Shown: positions 48,584 to 58,506 of the stretch, piece after piece
Numbering within the stretch: position 1 is the stretch's first letter
How the letters are laid out: every line of letters begins with the position of its first letter
Source of the DNA: a virus
IMG/VR virus record: IMGVR_UViG_3300037458_001730
Coordinates: 32,056 to 96,055 of that record
Direction: 5' to 3' (one strand)
DNA length: 64,000 bases
The notes under the pieces: generated by a model
Databases searched by the model: none
Told to the model about the DNA's origin: nothing
What the model saw: only the letters and a program-made list of their open reading frames with translations
Translations under genes and position numbers: made by a program

Positions 48584-50371
48584 ATGAAACAAACATGTGA
48601 AAATTGTTTTTGTGAATTTGAAAAACCGCAAATACAAAAAACTTGCTCAAGAAAATGTGGGGATGAATTAAAAAAGAAAAATAATAGAGAGAAAAGATTT
48701 TGTAAAAAATGCGAGGTGGATTTTGAAGTTAAGAAAAAATCTAAAACCACAATGTGTTCTGCAAAGTGTAGAAAAGAGTGGGCTTTGATCCCAGAAAATA
48801 AATTTACAAGAATAGAAAAGGCTAAAATGGCGATGCTTGAAAAGTATGGTCAAGATTCTGCTTTTAAATTAAGTGGTTTTGAAGAAAAATCAAAAAAAAC
48901 AAAAAAAGAAAGATATGGCGATGAGAATTTTGTTAATATCGAAAAGGTGATGAAAACAAAAGAAAAACTTTATGGTGATGCTTATTATAACAACATAGAA
49001 AAGAATAGAAAGACAAAAAAAGAAAATCATGGAGATGAGAATTATAACAATAGAGATAAAGCCTTAAACACAACGCGTGAATTATATGGTGTGGACCATG
49101 CACTAAAAAAAGAAGAGTTTAAGAATAAACAAAAGGAAACCAATTTGGGGTTGTATGGTGTTGAATACCCGCTTCAAAATAAATCTATTTTAAAGAAAGC
49201 CCAGGAAACTAATATTAAATTATACGGTTTTAATTCTCCTTCTAAAAATGAAGAGGTTAAAAATAAAATTAGACAGTCTTGGTATGAAAAATTTGATGAC
49301 TCTATTGTTTTTGAAAAAATGAAGCAAATGAATATAGAGATTTTAGGTGAATACAAAGGTTTAAGAATAAAAAATATTTACAACGAATATAAATTTTTGT
49401 GCCACAGTTGTAGTAACACATATATGGGAACATTTTCAAATAATATTCCACCAATTTGCAGAGTGTGTTATCCAATAACAGCTAACAACAAATATCAAAT
49501 TGATTTTGCTAATATATTAAGAGATGTTGGTGTTGATTTCGTTGAAAACACTAAACAGGTTATAAAGCCATATGAATTAGATTTTTATTTTCCAGTCAAT
49601 AAATTAGCTGTAGAGTTGAATGGTAATTATTATCACTCAGAAATAGGCGGTGAAAAATCAAAAGATTATCATCTTAAAAAAACCGTTTTATGCAACGAAA
49701 AAAATATAAATTTGTTACACTTTTTTGAAGATGAAATTTTGTTTAAAAAAGATATAATAATATCTATGCTAAAAAACAAGTTAGGTATAACTGAAAACAA
49801 GATATTTGCTAGAAGTTGTGAAATAAAGGAAGTTGGTAAAAAAGAAAAAGCAGACTTTTTAGATAAAAACCACATCCAAGGCAATTCAAAAGATAAAGTT
49901 AGAATTGGATTATATTATGAAAACAATCTTGTCGCTGTAATGACTTTTGGAAAGCTTAGAAAAAGTATGGGAAATAAAGAGGAAAGTGAAAATTTTTATG
50001 AGCTTGTAAGATTTTGTTCTTTATTAAATCATAATGTCATAGGATCTTTTTCTAAACTTTTAAATTACTTTACAAAAAAATATGCTCCTAAAAAGATAGT
50101 CACTTTTGCTGATTGTAGATTAAGTGGACTTAATCATGAAAACACAATTTATTCAAAAAACGGGTTTAAATATACAAACACTATAAAACCAAGATATTGG
50201 TATTTTCAAAAAGGAAACTACTTCAAAAGATATCATAGGTTTAAATTTAATAAAAAGAGCTTATTGAAGTTTCTAGATAGACCAGAGTTATCAGAATGGC
50301 AAATAGCTCAATTATTGGGTATGGATAGAATTTGGGATTGTGGAAATTTAAGGTTTGAAAAAATTTTTTAG
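48584..50371 (+). mobile_element. Free-standing homing-endonuclease-like gene (CxxC fingers, KYG-type repeats, Vsr-like domain, RIWDCG domain)
   Basis: CENC..CSRKC, repeated T..E.YG motifs, ELDFYFPVNKLAVELNGNYYH, HFFEDE, NHIQG, YELVRF, RIWDCG. Paralog of the gene at 39622. Confidence 0.75.
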
Positions 50372-50733
50372 AAAGAATTCACATCTTTCCCAATCTCTAT
50401 TGAAATGCTTCCTATTTGTGGGATAGACATTCTACCACCATTGTCAAACAATAACTGAAATTCTCCGTTGTACATTCCACTTTCATTTGTGTCTTCTTCA
50501 TCCCAGGAATAGCTAATTGTGCCACCGCTTGCAGATGTTATGTTTGCTGTTTTGGCCATTATTTTTATATCACCATTTGAGTTGGTCATGCTAAATGTGC
50601 AAGCTGTTACACCGCTAAGATTAAAAGGAGTTTTAGCACCAAGACATTCTCTATCTATAACCACAATTTCAAGTGTTGGAAGTGTGTCGTTTCTTTTTAT
50701 AAAAAACTTATTTTTTAGTGTTTGAGAATACAT
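50368..50733 (-). CDS. BppU-N-like Ig-fold virion protein
   Basis: FFIKRNDTLPTLE, GTISYSW..EDT..SGMYNGEF; TATTTATA at 50749-50756 (-). Confidence 0.65.
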   Translation of the reverse strand: MYSQTLKNKFFIKRNDTLPTLEIVVIDRECLGAKTPFNLSGVTACTFSMTNSNGDIKIMAKTANITSASGGTISYSWDEEDTNESGMYNGEFQLLFDNGGRMSIPQIGSISIEIGKDVNSF

Positions 50734-50757
50734 GATTAATGTCTTTTATATAAATAT

Positions 50758-51168
50758 TTACTTAATCTCAAATTCTAGAGATTGATTTAAAATTTCTATC
50801 TCTATAGTTTGTCCGATTATTTCTGCTTCTAATTGATTTACAATTCTTGATGATGGTGTTGCTAATCTAAATCTTGTGCTTATTTTTTTAGAGGGCGCAC
50901 CAACCACATATTGTACAGACCAAACCAAGTCATATATTGTATCAACCGAATAAAGGTTTGAGTCTAATGTTGCAAAATAAACACCGATAGAATCTTGTGA
51001 TATTGGCAAATTTGCTTCTATTAAAATGTTGCTTTCTGTAGCGCCAGTTCCAGCCTCGTATGTATTGGCTTCAAGAAAATATGGATTAATTAAATCATAA
51101 CTTTGACTATTCAAACTTGAGTCGTTTGTTATGAGATAAAATTTTTTATATAATCTTAAGCTTGCCAT
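50758..51168 (-). CDS. Hypothetical virion protein
   Basis: Beta-rich (GVYFATLD, YDLVW); downstream of the tail tube gene. Confidence 0.6.
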   Translation of the reverse strand: MASLRLYKKFYLITNDSSLNSQSYDLINPYFLEANTYEAGTGATESNILIEANLPISQDSIGVYFATLDSNLYSVDTIYDLVWSVQYVVGAPSKKISTRFRLATPSSRIVNQLEAEIIGQTIEIEILNQSLEFEIK

Positions 51169-51177
51169 TTTTTATTA

Positions 51178-51221
51178 AAAAAACCTTGGGATGATTGCAA
51201 GATATGCAATTCCCAAGGTTT
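51178..51221 (-). terminator. Intrinsic terminator after the tail tube gene
   Basis: AAACCTTGGGA..ATTGCA-agata-TGCAATTCCCAAGGTTT, with the U-tract on the - strand. Confidence 0.7.
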
Positions 51222-51249
51222 CTAAGTTGTTTTTATAATTTAGCAGTAA

Positions 51250-51738
51250 TTAAGCTGCTAAAATACATCTAGAAGGTTGGAGGGTAATTGTTACCTCTTG
51301 TAGATCCGAAGAACCATAATCATTGTCTCCAAAAGAAGCATCAGTGATCATGCAACCAATAAGAGTCCATTTTTCTACCTCAACACCAGTTGGATCAAGA
51401 GCTGTAAGTACAAGATTTTTCTTGTAACCTACTGCGTAACCCATACGTCCAGTGGTTGATTCGTAATGAAGTCTTACCCATTCCATGATTTTTTGAGTCG
51501 TAGAAGGACCAATCACATCAATGAATTTTACTTCAATTGGCTCCCATTTAGAACGACCAGCAACCCAATCACTTCCATTCATGTACATGATTTCTGTTGA
51601 TTCGATTGTGATTTTTGGTTTACCAGAAGTTTGAACTAAAAATGAGTCAATACCAAGCTCTGTTGGGAAAGAGAGTTGGAATCTATTTTTTCTTTTTGGT
51701 TCCTGTTCAATAGGAACTGGTCTGAACATGTCTGCCAT
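51250..51738 (-). CDS. gp19: Tail tube protein (gp19-like)
   Basis: EPKRKNRF, GRSKWEPIEVKFID, MEWVRLH, GYAVGYKK, VEKWTL.GC; TATTTATA at 51766-51773 (-). Confidence 0.9.
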   Translation of the reverse strand: MADMFRPVPIEQEPKRKNRFQLSFPTELGIDSFLVQTSGKPKITIESTEIMYMNGSDWVAGRSKWEPIEVKFIDVIGPSTTQKIMEWVRLHYESTTGRMGYAVGYKKNLVLTALDPTGVEVEKWTLIGCMITDASFGDNDYGSSDLQEVTITLQPSRCILAA

Positions 51739-51900
51739 AGTTGTTATTTTAAGTTTTTTCTTTGTTATAAATAAATACGTAGAAAAAAAAATTTTTAATT
51801 CATACAGAACATTAAAATAATTTTATGGCCCAATAAAGGCAGGTTTTTTCATATATAACTGTTTTTGAATCTATTTATTAAGAAAAATAGTTGTTAGCCA

Positions 51901-53598
51901 ATGTCTGGTACTTATTTTAATCCATTACACAGAGTTTTTCTAAATCTTTCAGGTGGAACTGTGACTGGAAACACTTTGTTTACGCAAAGTGTTTCTGCTG
52001 CAACCATTTACTCTGGTGCAACTGATCTTTATGATATTTTTGCTCCCTTTGGAGGTGGTGGTGGTGGTGGAAATACATATTTATCGCCAACACATATTGG
52101 TTTCGGAAGTTCAATTTCTGGTTTAACAGGTTCAACTGGTTTAACTTATTTAAATAATACATTAACAGTTAGTGGCGATGGAAGTTCAAACCAAATTCTT
52201 GTAAGAGTTGGGAATAATTTTTACATACAGGATAATATTTCTGGTTTTTCTGACAGAAGTATAATGGCTGTTGCTGGTATGGTATTTTCAAATGCTGCAT
52301 CTACACCAAACATTTCTGCAACGTATCTTGAATTTACAGCTGGTGGACATTTTTATGTCAACACACCAAATATGTACTTTAACGACACAAAATTGTATCT
52401 TGGTACATATCCACATGTCAATACGCATAATTTTGAAGTCGCTGGTATAACAAAATTAAGTGCTTTAACAGCAAACACAATAGTTGTTGGACAAGCACAA
52501 AATAGTGGAGCAGTATTTGAGGTACGACAGGGGGCTAGCAATTTTAATGTTGGTTTAGATACTCAATATAGTGCTTATACAGCTATTCATTTTGGGTCAG
52601 CTAGAACAGATACAAATTTTGCTCTTAGGGGCGATGCTACAAATGCAATGCAGCTTAACGGTGGAACAAGACTTGATTTAGGTGTTGGTGGATTTGGCAA
52701 AATATTAGTTTATTCCGATCATAACAGGATTAATATTCCAACTCATATTGGAGATCCATTTCACACAATAACACCAACAGCTTATTTGGATTTATACTCA
52801 GCCTCAACCGCAATAGCTTCTTTGAGAATTAGAAGTGGTACAACCGTGTCTTCACCTAATGATGGTGATATATGGAATGAGGGAACACACTTATATGGAA
52901 AAATTGGTGGAGTTGTAAGACAGTTAGATAACGACAATGGAAGTGGTACCACTTTTATGGGACCAACTCAAATTGCGTTTGGTTCGTCAGTGTCTGGTTT
53001 GACTGGAAGTACTGGTTTTTATTACAATAACAATTCAGCTGGTGGTTATTCTGTTGTTGGAAATTATTTAATTGCTGGTACACCAAACGCAGGTCTTCCA
53101 TTTTATCAGGAAATTTATTCTCCATATTCATTAAAAGTTGGTGCAACGAATTTAACAAATAACACTTGGTATTATTATGATACTCAAAGTAATATTCACA
53201 CAGCGCCAGGTGGACATATTTTTGATTCTGTTTTAAGAGCAAACTCTCTTTCTGCAACATCTTTAACTGCAACCACAGCAAGGGTTAATATAATAACAGC
53301 TACAACTATTTCCGCGAACACAATTCAATCTGATTCGTTAAGAGGTTCTACTGAAAGAATGGTGCAGGCTGATACTGGTGGAACAATACACGCTGTTCAA
53401 GAAATTGTGTCTGGTATTGTAACAGATCCAACAGCTATTGCGCTTTTAACCACTTTTTCTAATTGGAATATGGCTGGAGTTTACACAGGCGCTACAATTA
53501 CAAATACATATCAGGGACAATTTTATGGAGACACAGGAGACACTTATGTTTATTTGGCGCTGGCCGACAATTATTTTGCAAGAATACCTAGAGTTTAA
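51901..53598 (+). CDS. Fibre-like virion protein (Gly/Ser/Thr-rich, modular)
   Basis: Repeated FGS..SGLTGS modules and a DGDIWN module shared with 58507; late motif at 51872-51879. Confidence 0.7.
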   Translation: MSGTYFNPLHRVFLNLSGGTVTGNTLFTQSVSAATIYSGATDLYDIFAPFGGGGGGGNTYLSPTHIGFGSSISGLTGSTGLTYLNNTLTVSGDGSSNQILVRVGNNFYIQDNISGFSDRSIMAVAGMVFSNAASTPNISATYLEFTAGGHFYVNTPNMYFNDTKLYLGTYPHVNTHNFEVAGITKLSALTANTIVVGQAQNSGAVFEVRQGASNFNVGLDTQYSAYTAIHFGSARTDTNFALRGDATNAMQLNGGTRLDLGVGGFGKILVYSDHNRINIPTHIGDPFHTITPTAYLDLYSASTAIASLRIRSGTTVSSPNDGDIWNEGTHLYGKIGGVVRQLDNDNGSGTTFMGPTQIAFGSSVSGLTGSTGFYYNNNSAGGYSVVGNYLIAGTPNAGLPFYQEIYSPYSLKVGATNLTNNTWYYYDTQSNIHTAPGGHIFDSVLRANSLSATSLTATTARVNIITATTISANTIQSDSLRGSTERMVQADTGGTIHAVQEIVSGIVTDPTAIALLTTFSNWNMAGVYTGATITNTYQGQFYGDTGDTYVYLALADNYFARIPRV

Positions 53599-53601
53599 AA
53601 T

Positions 53602-56600
53602 ATGGCGACAAATGCAGAATTATCAAACCTAACCAATGGTCTTGTTTCATATTGGAAATTAGATGGCAACAGCAATGATGCAATAGGAACTAACCATGGA
53701 GTTGATGCAAATATATCTTATAGTGTTGGTGGAAAAATAGTTTCTGGAGCAAGTTTTAACGGAGTTTCAAGCAATGTTGTTATATCTAGTTCTAGTACAT
53801 TAACTTCAATAACAACAGCCGTAACACTTTCTTGTTGGGTTTATCCAAGATCAACATCTAGTTGTATGCTTGCGATTAAATATTTTGATGGTTCTGGAAA
53901 TGGTGAATATTTTCTTTCCGTTTCCAGCGGATATTTTAGAGCAGCTTCAAATGGTGGTAATGGATCTGTGTTTTCTTTGTCACCTTTTAGTCTTAATACA
54001 TGGTATCATTTGACTCTTGTGTTTATTGAAAACTCGTTTCTTGATTTTTTTGTTAACGGGGTAAGTCAAGGGGTAGACTACACCCCTGGAGTTATTAATT
54101 CATCTGAATTTCCTTTAGAGTTTGGAAATACTGTGGTGCCAGGGATACTAGGTTTTGCTTTTGATGGAGTTTTAGATGAGGTTGGTTTATGGAATAGAAA
54201 TTTAACAGCGCAAGAAATATCTATTATTTACAATAATGGTAACGGTCTTTCTTTCCCATTTCAAAACTTGATTGTCCCAAGAAGGGTTTTAAGATATAAC
54301 AACACAAGCCTTTCAAATGGTTTGTTGTCTTACTGGAAATTAGACGGGGACTCTAGTGATTCTTTGGGTTATGGAATTAATAATGGTTCTGGAACTGGTA
54401 TTACATATTCAATTGGAAAAGTGGGTTATGCAGCAAATTTTGATGGAAGTACAAGTAAAATTTTTGTGCCAGATTCTGCTGTGTTTTCATATGCTTCAAG
54501 TGATTTTACGATTTCGGCTTGGTTTAAAAAAGCTGTAAATGGAACCAGAATGTTTATTTATGGGCAAAGCGATAATGTTGGATCTAACATTTCCTGTTCT
54601 GTGCTTGTGAGTTTAGAGGCTTCAAATTATATAAGAGTTTTTATAGCCTCGCAAACAGATCCAGACAGTACATATATTGAACTTATCTCTTCTTATGCAA
54701 TAACAGACTTTAATTGGCATCATTTCATCGTTCAAAGAGACGGAACAACATTAAGAACATTTATAGATGGTGTTGCTGATAACACATCTGCTATTGTTTG
54801 GGCGATAAATAACAGCTCAAACTATTTTGCAATTGGTGCGGCTGGAGAATATGCGCTTGAAAAATGGAATGGTTCAATAGATGAAGTGGCGATTTGGCAC
54901 AGAAAATTGAGTGTTTCTGAAATTTTATCTTTATACAATAACGGCAATGGAAATCCAACATTTTCCAAAAACCAATTGGTTGCACATTGGAAGTTGGATC
55001 AAAATGCACTGGATTCTGCTGGTAATTTTGGTGTGGACACAAATATATCTTATGTAACAGGAAAAATAAATGGCGGCGCAAGCTTTAATGGTTTAACATC
55101 TTATATTACCGTTAATAATAATATTTGGTCTGAAGAATTAACACTCTCTTGTTGGGTTAAAGTTAATGACTACGGAACTTCTAATCCAGCTCTAGCAGGA
55201 AAACAAATAATTTTTAAAGCGCCTGATACTGGCTTTGTGCAGGATTATACTTTATCTGTTGGCGATAATCCTGGTGGCAAATATGTTGCTTTTGTTTTTA
55301 GCAATAATAACCCAGACTATCATTCTGTTGGTTATTTTTTAACTGGTAATTTTTTTGAATGGATGCATATTGTAGCTACAAGAGCTGCAGGAACTTCAAA
55401 AATTTATGTTAACGGAGAATTGGTTGTTACAGGTACATATTCTTTTACACCAGTCAACAATGGGAATTTGTTGTATCTTGGTAATAACCCAGTAGCAGGA
55501 ATTCAAAGATTTGATGGGTTATTAGATGAAGTTGGTATTTGGAATAGAGCAATTTCACAAACAGAGGTAACTCAACTTTATAATTTTACATCTGGCAATC
55601 AATATCCATTTACAAGACAATTGTCGAAAAATTTACCAGTATTAAAATCAACACTTGAAAATGGTATTGCAGTTTATTGGAAATTGGATGGAAATGCAAA
55701 CGATGCTTTAAATTTGAATCATGGAACTGGAGAAACTGTTACATATATTGATGGTATATCTAATAAGTGTGCTTATTTTAATGGGTCAAGTAGTAGAATT
55801 TTAATTGATGATTCTAGTATTTTTACATTTGGCGCAAACGATTTTACAGTAAGTTGTTGGATTAAAACTAATACATCTGGCGTTTTATGGATTTCTGCAC
55901 ACGAAGATGCTAGTGGTGGAAATTCAAATTGTGGAATTTTTTCTTATCTAGATTCTGGTAGATATGGCTTTGGTTTTTGCTATGGATCATCAGCAATTAG
56001 CGCTGTTGGTAGTCAAGTATTGAATGATAATAATTGGCATCATGTTGTATCAGTTAGAAGTGGTAATACAATCTCTAGCTATGTTGATGGAGTTTATGAA
56101 ACTGGTTTTACATCTTCTCAATCCGTTAATAATTCTACTGCAAAGTTTGGTATTGGATCTCTTGGTGAATATGTTTTTAATAAATTCCTCGGTTCAATTG
56201 ATGAATATGGGATTTGGCATAAGGCTTTAACTGTTGATGAAATTGTAACTCTTTATAATAATAGACGCGGACTTGCTTACCCTTTTCATAAAACTATAAA
56301 TTCCTCAAATGAACAAGGTGTTGAAGAAGGCTTGATTGGTTATTGGAAGTTAAATGGGGACTCAAAAGATTGTGTTGGTTTAAATAACGGCATAGACACA
56401 GATGTATCTTATGTTGCAGGAAAAATTGGTCAAGGAGCAAGTTTTAATGGAAGCACATCTGATGTTGTTCTTGGAAGCATCATACCATTATCGCCAATAA
56501 AGGGTTCAGTGTCAATTTGGTGTTATCATGATAATTATAATCAAATAAAAAGACCATATTCTGATGCTGGTGGATATGCTTATTTTGAACAAGGTACTTT

Positions 56601-58440
56601 TGTTTCGGGTAGATTTTATTGGCTTATGTATGATGGGGCTTCTGGTGTTTCGGTTAGTGCACCATATGAATTAAACACCTGGATTCATTGGGTTGCTACA
56701 TGGGAAAACAATAACATTATAAAATTATACAAAAATGGTGTTTTGGTAGACACAAACAGTATAAGTCCTGCTTCTATAATATTAAATTTATCTTATGCTA
56801 ATCATTTTGGTAATTATGGTGGTGCTGGATTTTTTTCTGGAAAAATTGATGAGTTTGGAGTTTGGAATAGAGCTTTATCTCAAAATGAAGTTGGTAAGTT
56901 ATACAATTCTGGTATAGGCCTCACATATCCGTTTAATAGAAATGTTATTACAACGTTTAACGGACTTGTATCTTATCATAAATTTGAGAATAATTTGCTA
57001 GATTCTGTTGGAACTGCTCATGGGACCGATATTAATTTAGATTATCAATCTGGAAAAGTAAATCAAGGTATTTACCTTGATGGGTCTGCATATGTTGAAA
57101 ATGTTGGTACAGTATCCACATACTCATTTTTTCATAACACTGGAGTTTTTACAATTTCCTTTTGGGTAAAAATGGATAATTATACATCTGTTCCACAATA
57201 TTTTATGGGAAACACTCCTACAACAATTGAGAATGGGTTTTTTCTTGGTACCGATGTGGCTGGAAACTTAAGAATAGCGGTTATATACGGCGTAAGTTCA
57301 CAATATGTTATTTTACACACTGTAAACAGTTTTTTTACAGACAATAATTGGTATCACGTAGCGGTGGTTTCCAATGGTTCAAAGGTTCAATTTTATAGAA
57401 ATGGTCAACCATTTGGTGCTATTGGATCATGTTATCCCATAAATGTTGGAGATAGTTCAAGAAAATTAAGGTTTGGCGATATACAACCTGGTGGATATAG
57501 AATGACAGGAAAATTAGATGAAATTGGAATTTGGAATAGAGCTTTAACTTCAGATGAAATTTCTGTTTTGTGTAATAATGGCAATGGTTTGCAATATGAT
57601 AATTATGGAAAAATATCTACAACAAAAAGATTGCCTCTTGATAATTACCCTGGTGCTCTTGCTGGTTATTCTTTGAGAAAATTGAGAGACAGATATACTG
57701 GATCATGTGTAAGAATCAGAAGGTCAAGTGATAATGCTGAGCAAGATTTTGGTTTTGTAAATGATTATTTTGATACAGCTTCATTTGCGAATTTTGTTGG
57801 AAATGGGATTGGGTATATTAAAACCTGGTACGATCAAGGCTTAAATGGTCTTGATGTAACTCAGACAACAGATATATATCAACCATATATTCAACTTAAT
57901 ATGTTAAATGGAAAAGCTGTAGTTAGGTTTGTGCAAAAAACTTCAAATTCATTTTTGTCAAATTCAAACGCTTTGGTACAATCAGAAATGAGTGGAATAC
58001 TAAAAAAATCCTCTGTTTTTATGGCGTATAGGGAAAGTGGAGATGTAACATTTAGTACGCCAATTATATTTAATCACCCACCAAATAGTTATTTTTCTTA
58101 TTTGCATTTATGGGCGGGATATTTATATCAAAATTTTTCAGAAAGAACTGATGTTGGTTCAAGTCAAACACAGTCATTTGCTAATAATGTATCAAACTGG
58201 TCTTTGGTTTCATCGCTTTATAACACACACATTGATGGTTACATAAATGGTTCTTCGGTTGGAACACCAGTTTCAAGAATTAATAGTCAAATTACGATAA
58301 GTCAAATAAATATTGGGGGTGGAAGTCCATCGTATTGTTTGGATGGTCAGATATTAGAGTGTATTATTTACGCATCTGATAAAACCAATATTAGACCAGA
58401 AATAGAAAGAAATATAAATGATTATTATAAACTTTACTAA
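53602..58440 (+). CDS. Multi-LamG (concanavalin A-like) virion protein: six LamG repeats plus a C-terminal ConA-fold domain
   Basis: Six repeats of (L/I)xx(Y/H)(W/H)K(L/F)...W.H...NG...G.(L/I)DE..(I/L/V)W.(R/K).L, then AGYSLRKL...RIRRSSDNAEQDFGF...TWYDQ. Confidence 0.88.
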   Translation: MATNAELSNLTNGLVSYWKLDGNSNDAIGTNHGVDANISYSVGGKIVSGASFNGVSSNVVISSSSTLTSITTAVTLSCWVYPRSTSSCMLAIKYFDGSGNGEYFLSVSSGYFRAASNGGNGSVFSLSPFSLNTWYHLTLVFIENSFLDFFVNGVSQGVDYTPGVINSSEFPLEFGNTVVPGILGFAFDGVLDEVGLWNRNLTAQEISIIYNNGNGLSFPFQNLIVPRRVLRYNNTSLSNGLLSYWKLDGDSSDSLGYGINNGSGTGITYSIGKVGYAANFDGSTSKIFVPDSAVFSYASSDFTISAWFKKAVNGTRMFIYGQSDNVGSNISCSVLVSLEASNYIRVFIASQTDPDSTYIELISSYAITDFNWHHFIVQRDGTTLRTFIDGVADNTSAIVWAINNSSNYFAIGAAGEYALEKWNGSIDEVAIWHRKLSVSEILSLYNNGNGNPTFSKNQLVAHWKLDQNALDSAGNFGVDTNISYVTGKINGGASFNGLTSYITVNNNIWSEELTLSCWVKVNDYGTSNPALAGKQIIFKAPDTGFVQDYTLSVGDNPGGKYVAFVFSNNNPDYHSVGYFLTGNFFEWMHIVATRAAGTSKIYVNGELVVTGTYSFTPVNNGNLLYLGNNPVAGIQRFDGLLDEVGIWNRAISQTEVTQLYNFTSGNQYPFTRQLSKNLPVLKSTLENGIAVYWKLDGNANDALNLNHGTGETVTYIDGISNKCAYFNGSSSRILIDDSSIFTFGANDFTVSCWIKTNTSGVLWISAHEDASGGNSNCGIFSYLDSGRYGFGFCYGSSAISAVGSQVLNDNNWHHVVSVRSGNTISSYVDGVYETGFTSSQSVNNSTAKFGIGSLGEYVFNKFLGSIDEYGIWHKALTVDEIVTLYNNRRGLAYPFHKTINSSNEQGVEEGLIGYWKLNGDSKDCVGLNNGIDTDVSYVAGKIGQGASFNGSTSDVVLGSIIPLSPIKGSVSIWCYHDNYNQIKRPYSDAGGYAYFEQGTFVSGRFYWLMYDGASGVSVSAPYELNTWIHWVATWENNNIIKLYKNGVLVDTNSISPASIILNLSYANHFGNYGGAGFFSGKIDEFGVWNRALSQNEVGKLYNSGIGLTYPFNRNVITTFNGLVSYHKFENNLLDSVGTAHGTDINLDYQSGKVNQGIYLDGSAYVENVGTVSTYSFFHNTGVFTISFWVKMDNYTSVPQYFMGNTPTTIENGFFLGTDVAGNLRIAVIYGVSSQYVILHTVNSFFTDNNWYHVAVVSNGSKVQFYRNGQPFGAIGSCYPINVGDSSRKLRFGDIQPGGYRMTGKLDEIGIWNRALTSDEISVLCNNGNGLQYDNYGKISTTKRLPLDNYPGALAGYSLRKLRDRYTGSCVRIRRSSDNAEQDFGFVNDYFDTASFANFVGNGIGYIKTWYDQGLNGLDVTQTTDIYQPYIQLNMLNGKAVVRFVQKTSNSFLSNSNALVQSEMSGILKKSSVFMAYRESGDVTFSTPIIFNHPPNSYFSYLHLWAGYLYQNFSERTDVGSSQTQSFANNVSNWSLVSSLYNTHIDGYINGSSVGTPVSRINSQITISQINIGGGSPSYCLDGQILECIIYASDKTNIRPEIERNINDYYKLY

Positions 58441-58506
58441 CAAAATTTAGCTCATTAACAACAAAAAGAAATCTATTTATAGAGGAAAAATATAACAAAA
58501 AAACAA

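Noticed and set aside
52051-52071. (GGT)n microsatellite, and the CCAGCT repeats at about 37077-37100, as contingency loci
   Set aside because: In-frame repeats encoding ordinary poly-Gly and Pro-Ala linkers; length changes would not switch expression.
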